Source: Zygnema circumcarinatum SAG 698-1b (lineage: Eukaryota > Plantae > Zygnematophyceae). From it: a DNA stretch of 64,000 nucleotides. Position 1 is the first letter of the stretch, and every line of letters begins with the position of its first letter. The stretch covers positions 1,674,001 to 1,738,000 of the forward strand of contig CM074808.1 in the NCBI GenBank assembly GCA_037447605.1, read 5' to 3'. This document shows positions 12,801 through 27,193 of this stretch, piece after piece. Under the pieces are notes generated by a model. It was not told the DNA's origin, ran no database searches, and was given only the letters and a program-made list of their open reading frames with translations. The translations under genes and the position numbers were made by a program.

Positions 12801-15800
12801 GTATAGTAACTACCGACCCCTACTAGTTTGCGGTATTATCTGGGAAACTGGACTTTGATGACATTGAAGACACTAGGTTTACACGCTACTGAAAGCTCAA
12901 AGTGGAAGCGCACCCGTGCATGATCCGGCTGCACTGCTTTGGGCTGCCGCTGCGCCTCTGCTGGAAACTTGGTGGCGAAATCAAACCACAGAGTGAGGAG
13001 CCTGGGTAGGCTTTGGAACAAGTAACGATGACCCTTCTTCAGTGCTTTTGCATAATTGAACATGGTGTCTGCCTGATAGGTCCACCACTGGATTTTATCA
13101 TCTCTATTTGCCAGTTTCGCTCGCTGTGCTGCACGTAGAGCAGCAGTCACTTCTGCAGCACTTTCCTTTATTCCTCCGCTCTCCTCCTGCCGCCGCTTAG
13201 CATCCATGTACAGGTCATCTAAGTACTTTGCCAAGTAGAAATAGCTTTTCTCCCACTGTGGTTGTAGCACACGCACTCTATCATACATTGAAAGAACTTG
13301 CTGCTTCTGTTTCTGCCCTGTCTCGTGCACCCATCGTGTGAGCAGTAAAAGAGTCTTGGCGGCATTCTGCATTTCATCTGTCTTTCGGTCAGTTTCTAAT
13401 GTGAACTCTCCTGTTATTGCTCCAATCTGTTTGCCCACTCCAGAAGCTGTAGCCAGTCCCTGAAGTTGAGGGGAAGGATGAACCATCCCAGCCAATGCAG
13501 CCTCAGTCGCAGCTCCCAGAACTTCAGGCATCCGCTGAAGAACACCTTGTAGCTCCGATATAGCTCTGTGCTTCTTTTGTGTGACCCACAACAGCTTGGC
13601 ATGCTCTATGTGTGTATCTGATGCTTTGTTCGAATAAGCCTCAAGAATTGCTCTGTTTGCTGTGTGATAATGCCCAGCTCTTCGACACATTTTGGCAAAG
13701 GCCAACCAGCATCTGCCGACCTCGGGCTGAACACCTGCCGCAGCGTATACCAATCGGCGAAGGGCCAAGATTGGCTCCCGCACCCAAAGTGAAGACTGCG
13801 TCAGCTGCATCCTCTCCTCCCAGCTGCGAAGCAGAGCGGTTAAATCTGCAGCAGGGGCCGACCCACTAAAGCTCATAGTAAAAGGAACTGATCCAACAGC
13901 GACTCTACGACCAATTTCTGTCGTCCTTGACGCGTTATCAAGGGACTTGTTCCATGGAGTTTCTACTGGTCGGAACCGAGAAGCTGCTGCTGTTTCAACA
14001 TCATTATCATGCGGAGCTTCATGCCCAAACACACCCCATGCATGGCAGTCTTCAAGTTCCCTCAACATATGTAACTTGACAATCAAAGGATAGGCTCGCA
14101 CATAAGACTCCATGCCTGCAGCAGCGAGAGGTGTCAAGAGGTCACAGCGCGATTTCTTCAAAGCATCACGAAAAGAGAGCAGCTCCTTCCTACGGAACGC
14201 TTGCAGGGCTTCCGCCAAACCCATGTCAAAACTTTGCCCTGCAGCGCCCTTTCCACTTGCCAGCTGCCTGGCCTCAACTTGGTGGAAGCTATTCACATAC
14301 TCATCCAAACTCTCCCATTGGCCAAGACGCCACGCCGCCTGTACACCCCTAACGCTCCATTCTCGTGTATCCTCTGACATACGGAACATGAGACCATCAA
14401 CATGCGCAATCATGGCCTGCAGGTGTCCCATATTGAGCAAGCAATCCAGCAAGTCTCCGTGTCGGGCAGCATTTTTAGGGTCCAGTGCAAGTGCTTGCTC
14501 ACAACAGGTGAGAGCTTCAGCCCAATTTCCCTCCTTCTGGTGAATCAAAACCTGGCCTTGCAGGCTATCTTGCAGAGAAGTAGGACCCTTCAGCCTGAGG
14601 AAGCCTGCCAAACCATCAGGCTCGTCCAGTTCGCTATAAATCTCTAACAAAAACGAAACATCTGCGTCATTAAATATTCCTGTTTGGCCAGCTGCAGGAT
14701 TCAATGTTCCACAAGTTTCTCGAAGATACATCTCAAAGTATTGGAGGGCTCGAGCATGGGCTTGGCATCGGAACGATGCCCGTGCAAGAGCTTGTTTTGG
14801 TACAGCCACCAACAAGCTTTCAATACGTTGGCCTTTTTCCATCAGACTTTCAATTCTTGACTGCACCGTACTGTCTTGCCCTTTCTTCAGAGCCATGTTC
14901 TCAACCAGCTGTGAAACTATTTGCTTGCAGTTATCAAGCCACTGTGCCAAGTTGTCCAGCAGAGTAAATACCGTTTGAGTGCTTACTTCACTGCTCACTC
15001 CCTGTACGTATACTGCGGCCGAAGTAACCGTGGCATCAGCTCCTTTTGAGCCTTCTGGGTTGCCAGGGTTGATCTTTCCTCGCGAACCGTGTAACTCTTC
15101 TAATGAGGTTGACCTAATAGCAGCTGGAGTTTCTCCAGCAAGGACTGCCAGAATCTCCTGATTCACTCCTTCCCTGGCGACATCGGAGCCTTCACAAAGA
15201 ACGTTTAGCACAAGATATGGCAACAAATAAAGCGCAGTCCCCACATCATGACTCACAATTCCTCTGCAGGCGGTGAAAATGTTTGCTCTTGTGCCGGATG
15301 CCTGAGAAATAAGTCGCCGAGTCCAAAGGGAGATCCATCGACGATATGACAAACTAGGGCTGAAGACTGGGCCGTGGGGTTGCGAATCACTGAGTTTCTT
15401 CAGTGTGAACTTGGAGGTAAGGCACGGTACAATTAGCTCTTTGACATCGTCCTTCAAGCTACTCCAGAACCTCTCTCCTTCCTCGGTTGAACTAGAAGCT
15501 CTATTGCCCTCACCTGGTAAACTACTCGGTCCCCTCGCCTCAAGACCCTTGCCACCACTGCTGCCTCCTTGACGAGACATGCCCATTCCTACTGGGCGAA
15601 GGGAAGTGTCTGCTAGGGATGGATGACAGCCTTGATGTTTAAGGAGCTCCTGGATGGCAAGGGCCGCTGCATCTTGGACGTCAGATTCACCAGCAGCTCT
15701 GAATAGCTTTGCCAAGTGGGCTGTGATCAGTTCCATCACCAGACCTTCATCGTTCCTTTCTATTTTCGCTCGTTGAGGAAGCTCCACTCGCAATCTAACA

Positions 15801-18800
15801 GGATCCACTGCTCCCAATTCCCCTAAGCATTCTGCACAAATCATCTTCAGCTGTTGGCTCTGCCAAGTCCGCGATGGTTCTGCACATCCTTTCAGCAGTG
15901 CAGCCACGAGCTGGCTTACCAGTCGGACGCCGTCAACTGACTCTCCAAGAACCAAATTTGTAATAACCTCAGATTGCGACCGAAGGATCTTCTTCAGCTC
16001 TCTTGCTGCCATGTAACGAACATTCAAGGACTCGTGATTGAGTCTATCAACAGCCCTCTGCAGCTGCTCTATTGGGCTCAGCTTTCCTCGAGCTTCCTCC
16101 AGCACTGCATTCACCTTTGCCAGTGCAGGGAGAGATGGCAGCAATGAGAGCTCCTGAAGCTGTGTCTCCAGATGTGCTCTGTTCTTCACAATAAGCTCTT
16201 CAAGCACATCCACTGTGGGAGCAAGGAAAGGCGACTTAATGGCGGCTTCAAGATCATCACCTTGAACGGGTATATCCACGCATTTATGCTTCTCATATGA
16301 CAGGTCAAGGGTCAGGCCCGCCTTTCGTGCCCCTTGGGTCTCTTCCAAGCATGACATAATGGAAACTACTATCTGTCCAGCGACTGACTTCAGGTTTGTC
16401 GGTGACACTTCTGCGAGTGCTTGTACGAAGGATAGCCAAACACGGAGGGCTTGGGCTCGCAGAGCATCCTCCTGCAGAGCGCGTGAGAGAAGCGCCATGA
16501 CTTTGGGAACAAAAGCAATCAAATGTGGGCCTATAAGCTCCAACAGTTTCTCAATGCATTGCAGGGCTTGGCTCTGTGCTGAATGGATCCCTGATCTGAG
16601 GAGGTCACGATCAATGCGGTTGAGGATGCCTGGATAATAACTCCTCAGAAAGTTGGGTATATCTCCCGAGCCTGTCGCTATTTTTGCAACTTCTTGGAGC
16701 ATAGGGACAACCCGTGCAGATCTGGATGGCAACACCCCACAAAAGCCTCCTCCAAGGCAAGATTACCAGGTCAGTTGAGGCGGTCTACGCTGACATTTCA
16801 AGTCGATCAGTGGCCCGGATCAATCACTTTTAAGCTGGTGAAATCAAATATACGTAGGAGCTACATAATTTACTTTAGAATCAACCAATGCTTTTTCAGG
16901 GATTTGTATGTCATGCCAAACAAAGTAGCTAGCCTATATCAAATTTGACTAACAGTCGATCGTGACATCTGACAAGAACCAAGCTAGAATCGTTCATGCA
17001 GGCCTAAACCTTCATAAAAACTTCCGTATGTTCATTCATGGACCGTAGCCTTTGCAGTCTACTACCATACAGCCCCTAACCAATATCTTAGCATAGACGC
17101 AGGTGCCGAAATGATCACCTTCGCATTGCTGACTGTGAGGCAGTGTCCCCAAGGAGCCTCACAAGCTCATTCAGCAAGTCGGGCATCACTGCCAAAAAGA
17201 TGCTGCGATAATCAGAGCCTGTGTGAGCCTCGTACAAGTGCAACACTGCTTCTAACTCCTTCCCATCAGCATCCAGAAGGAGAGGGCCCAAAATTTTGTG
17301 GCCCAAATCAAGCAGCATTACAGGCACCTCCTTGCCCTGTCTCCTTGCCAACTCCTGCAGAATGGCCAATGGTTGTGCCTGCAGACATACAACATAACAT
17401 TTACGAGTTATACCCACATGCAAAGATCTAAATAAATCCCGCCCAACCAGTTCATCGTACATGAGATTTGTAGCTGCAGATTGACGTCGACTTCCACTGC
17501 AAAGAACCAAAGCCAACTACGATAGCCATTCATAAAGACATCAAAATGGAATCTTCAAAGAAAACATACGGTGCAGAGCAGCAAACAAACCTGCTGATTA
17601 GGAGCACCGCTTTCTGGGCTGGAAGCAGTGGCGGCGGCAAGAACGAGCTTTGAGAGGACTGCCGGAACAATTTCATCAAGCAAAGCTTCGCTATTTGTTC
17701 CCAACACGCACTCCGCAAACTGCTCCACGAGCTGCGGCCGAGATAGCAAGCGACTGCTCAAAAACTCGTAAAGTCCACTCTTGAAGGTGTCCACAATTGC
17801 CCATTTGGTATTTGAACTGCTTGGGCTGCAATCGACTTTTCTAGCGGCAATACTCCTTATGGCAGTTGTAATTGCCACTTGCAGCGTGCCGTCAAGGCAG
17901 TCGAGTTGCTCCACCTGCCATGGCACTTAAGTTCAATGGTCTGGTGATTCATTTCTCTCCAAACAAAAAAGCTTAAAAGATCTGATAATAATTATAATAT
18001 TCTATAAAGTCGGGCAAAGCCCTCGACGACACACAACAAGAAAGCAATTTTGTTTCAAGCACAATGATCTAACTGTTCGTTAAGGGGGCAGAGCTCATCG
18101 AAATTACATACCAACATGACAAGGCACAAGAATGAAAGCTGTTGACGTTTGCCAAATGCCAGAGCCACCCCCTTAACTGCAGCGATCAGTGTTTCCCGCA
18201 CTTCCAGTTGATGTTGTGAATGCAGATGGCGCTTCAGGATTCTAACAAGTGTAAGAGCAGCTACTCCTGGATCACACTCTCCCACTATTGCATCTCGCGT
18301 TTGGTTGTCAGCAGCAAGTGTGGAAGAATCTGATTCCCCTTTGAAGAGTCCTTCCAACACATGCGGCTGCACAAAATCACCAATGACAGAACTGAAAGCC
18401 ATTCGGACATTTCTCTGCTGATTGACAGGAAGCGTCTCCAAACACCGCAGCCAAAACTGCCGTGTCTCCCTTATTTCCAGGGACGAGGCATGCCGCATGA
18501 CCGGAGATAACGCAAGGACGGCTTCCGCCTGAACTTCAGGTGACGCTTCATCTTCAAGAAGTGACTCCAACAAGGATATCCACTGAAGGAATGGAACCAA
18601 AGTGTGCTCAGGACTTCGCCTCTCCCCGTTGACGTCAGCCTTCTCATGACTCTCATCCACAAAAGCTGGAAAACGTTCGTTAAAAGCACAGAGAGGACAG
18701 TGCAGAGCTGCCATGATCATGAAAGGGCCGACCATCAGTAGCGGCTTTGCAGTAGTGGGAGCAGATGGCATGCATCGGAGGCACATGATGCGACCCACAA

Positions 18801-21800
18801 GTGCAGCGACAGCCTTGCGAACTCCTTCTGATGGATGTTCTGCTAGTGGCCTGCAATGGTCCACGAAAAGCAAACCTCAAAAGAACGTAAGAAGTTCCAT
18901 ACTGAACAAGAACTGAAGGTGATGTGAGACGTGCAGATATCAAACTCACCGAATCATCTCTATGTAGGTCGTCAACTCCCTCCTCCCCAACCGTCGTCCA
19001 AAGTGAGGCAAAGAGACCGCTGCTGCTGCCATTACACGTGGATCTGCATCCTGAAGGCCTCGTGACAACACTTCTCGAGCCAACGTGGCAGCAGGTCCCA
19101 CCAGAAGGAGGGGTGCCAGCCTCAAAGCTCGGCCCTTTATTCTTGCGAGAGCATCGCCTGCGCTTTCACTTAAAGAAATATCGAGGAGCCATGCCATGTG
19201 AAGGATTTGAGCAGCTGACATGGCATCCCATGAATCGGCAAGGAAGCTCTGCTGACTGGAAGGTAGAGTGCTGCACAGATCTGGGTCTTCACTATGCTCT
19301 TCTCTCTCAGGCGAGCGTCCTGCAGTCCCATCAAACAACCTTCCACAATAAACTCAGAAACTGAGCTCAGCACCGATCTAGTGCCTCCGTCTGGTGGGCC
19401 CACCAAGGATCGGCAGGGTTCTCTAGGGTAAGTGCCATAATTACTAGTATATGCTCAAAAGCACAGAGTTGGCCCAGAAAAGCAGGCCTCAAAAGCACGA
19501 ACCCAGCATACATAGGAAACACAGAATCAGATCACTTAGTTGTATTGAATCGCTGCAGTATAGTAATGAGGTCATTCCTTCCAAAAATGACGGTCCCTCA
19601 AATACTACACTTACCCAGCAAAACGATCTTCTCCATAGACTCCACCAGAATAGCAAGTGTGGAGAGTGAAAGTGAGACTCCTTGTGGCTGGCCCCTCAGG
19701 CACGCCCACCTCATGTACTTCAATACTATGCATTCCTTGTTCCCACTGTTGCTCTGTTGCCTTGCCGACCTGCCACTCGAGTTCCGAACACGTGAACATG
19801 ACTCAGGCAGACTTCATGAGGGCGGGGTGGGACAGAGCTCACCAATTTGCTCAGCCTGCTGATCCATTTCCCCACCCAGCTGAATACGAGTCTCCAGCAA
19901 AAACTCCCCTGCATTGTTTCAAATGTGCACGCCATCACTCTAAGCCCCGACAAAGAAGCATCTGCTTCGGGTTGCCGGTATGCATTCTGGTCCGGACGGA
20001 GCTGACAAATGACTTCCACAAATTCTTTATAAAGAACAGTTTCAGCCTCTTTATGTATACAAAGTTTGCTTGACTTCAAATTCTCAGACGCGATCATGGG
20101 GCAGCAATGAGGGTCATCTATATTCCCGAGTGATTCTCCCAAAGCAGCAGCTTCAGAGCCTGAGTTGGACACTTTAATGTCTGCCGACCATTTCCTCCTC
20201 TTTCCCCTCTGCAGACCTTCTCTCCCAACTGCCTTCCTTTTGTTGCTTCCTTCTTTCGACAGAACTGTAAGCTCCCCTTGGGACGCATCAATCTGAGGGG
20301 GAGCACCATTATTCAGCTCAACTTCCAACTGCCCTTGTCCTTGGTTTAAGTCCGAGCACAATGAGGTTTGGCCAGTCCGTTTGCCCTCAACAGATTCTGG
20401 GCTGTCCGTGAGGCCTAAGATAGGGTGCAGGCAAACTACCAACTGAAGACAGCGACCTAGAACCGAGCTAATCTCAGGAATATGGAGGATAGCAAAGAGT
20501 CGAGAGATCTGATTCGAATATGTTGGATAGTGTCTCAGAGTAAGCATAAACGCTTCACACAGAGCGACCTGCCAAAACGAATGGCCCCAGAACCCCGCAA
20601 CAAATCACAATCCCCCGTTTTAGGAAGGGCCGCGTGCTTAACTAGGATGGACAGGATAAGACTGCAAGTCAGATGATGGGATCCAGCACGCCTACATTTT
20701 CAGTGCTAGAGACCAAAGAGCTTAAAAAATAAAAACATAAGCAAGCCGCAAGAATGCAGCAATTAATGGAAAGGGAACCTGTCAAATGAAATTCATCTTC
20801 ACGGGGCCAAGGCTCAATACCTTGAGCTCGTGCGACTCTGTCATCATGACAGCTCTAGGGATAGTGTTCGCAAGGTCTTGAGCATTGTACTGTATATCAC
20901 CTGGGCTGCTTATGCTATATAGACCGGTCAGGCATGAAGCTAGAGCTGCATCATACGTAGAAGTCCTGCCAGATAATGCCAGATATGACTTCCGTATGTC
21001 AATGGTAGGAGGTGATCAGGATACTGCTATTGTTCAATAGCTCAAATCACAGGTGCAAATGTTCTTCAAAAGACGACGTGCTCTCAACAGCATGACCAAT
21101 ACATTTGCATCTAAAAAAGAAGTGATCCCAGCAATTTAGGTGCGTAAGGAATACCTGAAGGAAGGGAGGGAATTTGTGTCACTCCTTACTTGAAGGATGG
21201 AAAGCAGTGACATTAGAATGTCTTCAGTAGGAATCGTTTCAGGATCAAGCACTGAGATGGTTGTTTGAATCATGTCAAAACACGCCTGCGGAGACGGCTC
21301 GCTTCTAATGAGCGATACATCCATAGTGAACACGAAATTGACCCGACAAAATGAAACATCATACAGTACAAGATGCTCTTCAGACTATTTTTTTAGCAAC
21401 ACTGGAGTTCATCAACGGCAAGCTGGATGTGCTCTCTGTCGCATACCATTTGGCCCAAATTGTTTTGTCAACTTACTTGGTGAATGGCCGCGTTCCCATA
21501 GCAAAGCAACGAAGCCAAAGTTGGCAGAAATGATGCTGGCAAAAGGGCTGATATTCGCCAGCTTCCCAGCCTCAACATATGGCAAAGAAGACGGACCATC
21601 CACTCCGCTAATGGCTGCCACCTGGTATTCCCAGTAGCATCAATGGCTATTCCTTCAGCCTCAGCACGCCTTATGCCGCTTGCAGCGTGTCCATTCTCTG
21701 CCTCAGCTGTCGTTTTGTCGCTTCCGGCCAAGCCATCTAAGCCTTCATTAAAAAACTGAAAAGTTTCCCGAAATGCGGTTATTGTTACTGTGGTTGAGCT

Positions 21801-23463
21801 TGTGAAGGCCGTGGGGGAATCAAAGAACGAACCAACGGAAACCAAATCTGTAAAAAAAACAAAAACGACCCCAGAGTAAGATGACATCATGCGAAGCCGT
21901 GCGCTGCTTGTTTGTTTGTTTGTTTGTTTAGACTACTTCTGCTTGTAGTATTGTTCGGGAACCAATCAGTGGCAAAAAAGAATGCAATACTCCCCAGATG
22001 CACTAGCATCTTTGCACTTTACTTCTGTAGACAATCATCCAAGGTATTCCTTACCTTCTAAGAGCGATACGATTCCCCTGACGCACGAGCTGAAGGCTTT
22101 TTTGTCTCCTTGATACAGAAGGGACGTTAAGGAAGCAAGCGTTTCAAAGAGGGCGTTTCCACGGTTTCTGAGACAACAGAAATATCCGTTTAAAACAAAC
22201 AAAGGCAGGCACTCCGGATATAACAAGGTATGGTGCACTTGTAGGATGTAAAATCATGAAACATTCAAGGAGCGTACTGCTTGAAGTGGAACATTTGCAT
22301 CGCAACAAGCAAGTTCACTTTTCATCAAGACTCTTGTAAATGATATATGCACGAGTCTCGAGCACAGTAGATTCGGCTTTGCTAGTACATAAATGGCAGA
22401 GCTCAGTGGGAATGCTTTATATCAAGATTCACGGTAACTCACTGCAGCTCTGGCTCTGCGAACAAGGGAACGATTCGCCCAATAAGAGGCAGTATTGCTC
22501 CACCTTTCCCGTTATGAAATACACCGGGTAAGCAGTTTGCCACGTGAGTAAGCAGCTTCAAGATGGCCAGGAGTTCCTTTACTGCAAGAAAGAAGCTCTG
22601 TTTTACTTCAGCGCTTTGCTCTACTACAGCAGAGAAACATTTCTTGCTGCAAATCTCTTGTTATTACGGCTGCTTCCCTGTCCAACTTCCATGAGCGCTT
22701 GGTGCACTTCGAATTTTCCTTCTCATAATTATTAGTCCATCGTAACGAATTTCCAGACGAAAGTCCAGATGAAAAGTCCAGTCCAGAAGTCCAGACTTTC
22801 CAGATGAAAGTTTTTCTCTCTGTGTAATTTCCAGACTTTGCTACTGTCTATTTAACTTTTAAGCATGGATCAAGTGCTGGCTTGACAAGCGTAATTCGGA
22901 AGGCAATTGAGCAGAAAGCACTAGTACATTCTTTACACCAAACCCGCACATGTAGATCATAACCGAAATCCTCACATGTCAGGAATGTCGTGATCTAGGT
23001 TAGTATAGTGCTCGAGTCTGCTTGAGAATTAACTCTTTAAGTTTTATAACTAAATTGCATCAAAATGCATTCGTATTTCTGCAAGTTGGACAACAGCGGC
23101 GCCAAAAGGTTTCAATGGCAGAACACGTCATGATGATCATTTTGTAAGACCAGTTGTGAAGTGAAATAGACACCACCTCGCTCTTATCTTCCGTCATTCG
23201 AATAATCACCTCTGAGGTCATTAGACTCAAGAGTACAATTATTCGCTTGTCTATAGAAGTTGACGGCGCAAAACGAGCATCGTGGAAAAGAGCTTACTTT
23301 GCGAGGGAGAGAAATAATCGTGAACAAGATTGGGTAGAACAGCCCTGAACCTCACTTCCACATCGTCTCCGTCTTTAGAGGGAGCACTCTCTGGAGATCC
23401 ATGACTGCCGCTCGCTATTCGTTCACCCAAGTCCTGCAACAAGACGGAAAGCTCAGCCGCCAT
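9822..23463 (-). CDS. ATR: Serine/threonine-protein kinase ATR (PIKK family), multi-exon
   Basis: Start MAAELSVLLQDLGERIAS, then HEAT/UME region and FAT region in a ~3.8-kb exon (~12913-16720). Kinase motifs LCKPKDDLRKD, GLGDRHGENIL, VHVDF and VPFRLTQ, then FIHDPLVEW and FATC NLGRMYIWWMPWF* ending at 9822. Not all internal exon edges were resolved. Confidence 0.96.
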
Positions 23464-23892
23464 AGCTAGCTAAACTCCGATTGCGCAGTGGACCACTCTG
23501 CCTTCTTCCTTCTTCCTCCTTTCTTAATCAGTACTCTTGGCACGATGGCCCAGCCTGGGGCCAGCTTGCGCAGACATCGCCATCTTTGACGAAGCTGCAA
23601 AGCGCACACATGCCATGGGCGGGAAATGCGAGTTTCGACTTCCCGCCTTCACAGTTCATACTTCATAAAGTTGAGAAATGAGGGAAGTGGCATTGATCGC
23701 ACGATGGCGAGGCCATCAAATGTGCATGGACAAAATCATCATGGGGAACCACGAGGACCTGGTCGCAAAGGAGCTAAGGACAAAGAAAAATGCTGGAAGC
23801 TGAAAGCTACTCCTAGGCTCAACAACGCAACGGGTTCAAGCGCCCCACCGCGGCACACTACAGTGCAGGCACGCTTTTGAACATTAAGAGAA

Positions 23893-24989
23893 GGAAATGA
23901 TACAGACGCCCCATTTTTTGGATATCCGCGCCCCCTTTCGGGAAAATTTGTACTTACATTTTGGCTAATCACGTCCCCCCCCCCTTGGATCTTTCGGGAG
24001 GAGAGATCTTGTAGACAATCGGACCCCGCGCCTCGCGCGCAGGATCCGACCGTGCACCGACGTACGGCGCCACGCCGCGATTGTCTTCAGTAAGCAGTCC
24101 TCATATTTTCCACCCTGTACAATGCGTCCCCAGGGGGTCCTCGTCATATTTTCCACCTGGTTTCGGCGAATACCGGGCGAAAATATTGTTTTTGGCAAAT
24201 AGAAGGTCCGTGTTACCAATAGGCGAGCGGCATTATGTTAGTGTTCATGTAGGTTCGTGCGTATCGTATCGTATCGTTTGTTGTCATATCGTACCGCGTC
24301 GTACCGTATCGACTACTACAGCTTGTACGGCTAGTACGAATAGTACCGTATCTGGTCGTATCGTATCGTATTGAAACCAAACAGAAGGGGAAAAGAGCGA
24401 GCGCCTCTTACGGCGGCACGTGCGGGGAGATTAGGTGAGTTTTGCGTAAGCCCGTAACGGCTAGTACAGCTAGTACGGCTAGTACGGGTTTTAGGATTTT
24501 TATGGTTTTAAGGGTTTTTAGGGTACGGATAGTATGAATAGTACGGTAACACAAAGTTACCGTACAAAAAGGTGGTTTCAGCAAAATCGGTGCGAATTTA
24601 TTGGTGACGCACTGTTGAAGGTGGAAAATTTCAAATATGACGAGGACCCCCTGTAGTACAAATAGTACGAATAGTACGGCAAACACAGAGTTACCGTACA
24701 AAAAGGTGGTTTCGGCAAAATCGGGGCGAATTTCTTGGGGACGCATTGTACAGGGTGGAAAATATGAGGACTGCTTACTGAAGACAATCGCGGCGTGGCG
24801 CCGTACGTCGGTGCACGGTCGGATCCTGCGCGCGAGGCGCGGGGTCCGATTGTCTACGAGATCTCTCCTCCCGAAAGATCCAAGGGGGGCGGGGGGGGGG
24901 GCGTGATTAGCCAAAATGAAAGTACAGTACAAATTTTCCCGAAAGGGGGCGCGGATATCCAAAAAGTGGGGCGGCTTTATCATTTTCCC
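23893..24989. mobile_element. Non-autonomous foldback / MULE-like DNA element with ~240-bp terminal inverted repeats, ~430 bp upstream of the ATR start codon
   Basis: 23893-~24133 is near-identical to the reverse complement of ~24736-24989. Termini are GGAAATGATA / TATCATTTTCCC, flanked by direct repeat AAGAGAA (23886-92, 24990-96). There is an internal ~50-bp direct duplication (~24549 and ~24683). No transposase. Confidence 0.8.
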
Positions 24990-25610
24990 AAGAGAATCAT
25001 TATTTTGAAGATCTCAATTTTTTTAACTGGTTCGAGTATCGAAGTCCAGTTCCAAATGTGATTCACTTGAACGGTTCTGTTACTGAGCTGCATCGAGTTC
25101 CGCAGGGAGCGCCGTTAGGGTTGAGGGCCCCTCTCTTCTTCGATAAGAGGTCGTTCGCTTCGAAACCTTGACAACGTTACTTGATCTTATCTGAGCGTGC
25201 TCTGCCTTGGCATTGAGCGCGCGGTGACGACTACCTGCAAAGGCCAGCTCTTTGATATTTCAGAGCGATGCGGCTGTGTGCGGGTTTTTCGGATTTGGTT
25301 GTTTTCTCTGGACTTCTTGCATGCGTATCAATGGCAAGCTGTTGGTGCAGGTGGATGAATGTCTAGCAGGAAGTGGGAGCGATGATGATGAAAAATAAAA
25401 ACTTGATCTTAGATTTGAGAGTCTCATCACTGCAGCGCTTGCATCTGTTGCCCTTTTCAAAAGCTGGCAGCGGGGCGGCGTTGTTGTGGTGGGCGCATGA
25501 AATATTGCCTTACTCAACTGAGCAATTTCCACTTTCTTTCTAGCTGTTTCCGCTTTCTGGCATTGATAACTGCTGCTCTGCGTGTGTCGGATGTGCCGAG
25601 TATGTCTTGT

Positions 25611-25744
25611 AAGGGGAAATGATGATATTGTGCAGGTACTGCTTACATGGAAGCTCGGCAGGGAGAGGTGCAGTTTGGTTTTGCCATTGCACCATCTCTG
25701 TTGTGGATTCTGACTGAGGAAACTATTTATTTTCTGATTCCCTT
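25611..25744 (+). ncRNA. Candidate box C/D snoRNA
   Basis: Box C ATGATGA (25619-25) and box D CTGA (25734-37) are closed by a 7-bp terminal stem AAGGGGA/TTCCCTT in K-turn register. Internal hairpin GAGAGGTGCA..TGCACCATCTC. Telo-box TTAGGGTT plus GGGCCC lie upstream (~25115-25130). Confidence 0.4.
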
Positions 25745-27193
25745 TGTTTGGCCATATTATGTGCTTTCATCGGATGGTTCTTTTGTTTCAGACAAAGTAG
25801 CAGAGTAGTAGTCTTTGCATTCTTTGGCCTCTGCTGTTGTCAGCTTGACAAGATCCCTTTAATTTGCTGCTTTGCTCTCGAGTTTTACATGCTTCTTTTG
25901 TTAGCAGGCGACTTTTGACTGGGTTGAAATGATGGCTGTTTTTCTTGTTAGTGGAGTAGCACCCTGGGACTAGTCATTGGGTTTTCTTTCGTGTTCGTTT
26001 TATCTGTTATAAGTCAATCATCTACTGGTTTCTTGTATTGTTTATCGTATAGGTCTCATGTGTGCACACGAAGGAGAGTTGGAAAATTGAACGCTTGTGA
26101 CATATTGCCTAGGATTGAGGGCCAGGCTGAAGTTTGGACGAGGGTTAGGGTTGCTCAAATTGCTCTCGCCCTTTCTATGAGATGGAGTGTTGATGCAAAT
26201 GCATGGAATGGAATGCATCAAGATAGGCAGACTCCCAGTATAACCAACGGACCCTCACAAACATAGAGATGATTTCGATGTACTGAAACTCTTCATCCGA
26301 TATATTCTCCATTCATCTGAAGTTCTATCGAACTTACGTAGATAGGCTCTTAATCCTAACCATATCAAACAACCCACATCATACGCGGATTCTAGTCAAC
26401 AGTTGTCGGGACAAGGAGATCTTTATTGAAAGAGAAGTAAATACAAATTTTCTGAATTCTGCTGATCCACTATCTGATCTACCATACTTGCAGCCACGAG
26501 TAGTCGTCTAAGTGGCTATCTGTGCTTGTGTTCATCAAAGTTTCGTTCCGCACGCTATTCATAGACCGTCTCTCCCGCCTCTCCTGAACCCTGCTACACA
26601 AAAGCCACCATGTAAGTGCGATGTCAAAAAGCATCACCAGAAGACCGGCTAGCGACAGCAAGACGAATCCGACAATCTAGATTTCACAGCCTCATCTTAA
26701 TGACACGACGAGGTTGAGCGAGCAGTCGAGGGCCGAAAATAGTGCTTTGTGCATATTCATTGGCGTCAATCGTAGACAGTTTGGTTTTCCACTACGACAA
26801 GCAAAAACATCCGTAAATTTGACATCGAGATAATAATTCAAACTTGTGACTTTTTTCTGAGTCTGATTCCTCTGTCATTTTAGAAGCTTTGTAGACTCTG
26901 TTCCGCGCACCACCATGATAGTATCCATACTATGGTGGTAGAGTCGTGCCACTTCTCAAACATTGGAAGGCTGGTCTTGTGAGGTATGGAGAAATGGAGT
27001 GCGAAAGTTCTAGTTTCAATTTTCATACATTGGTGGGTATTTAGTTCTTTTCTCCATTTTAAGAAATAAAGAGAATTTGATAGTGTTAAGCGAGTCGATT
27101 CAGATCCCACTCATGTGCTGAAAGCGAGGTGTTGCTAGCAAGCACGTTTGAGGCAGCTGCAATCTGCGTGCAAGGTCGGGAGCAAAACGCATA

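Noticed and set aside
25165-25205. U3 snoRNA-like 5' end (ACGTTACTTGA, GAGCGTG)
   Set aside because: Spacing and the remaining boxes do not fit U3; no USE/TATA.
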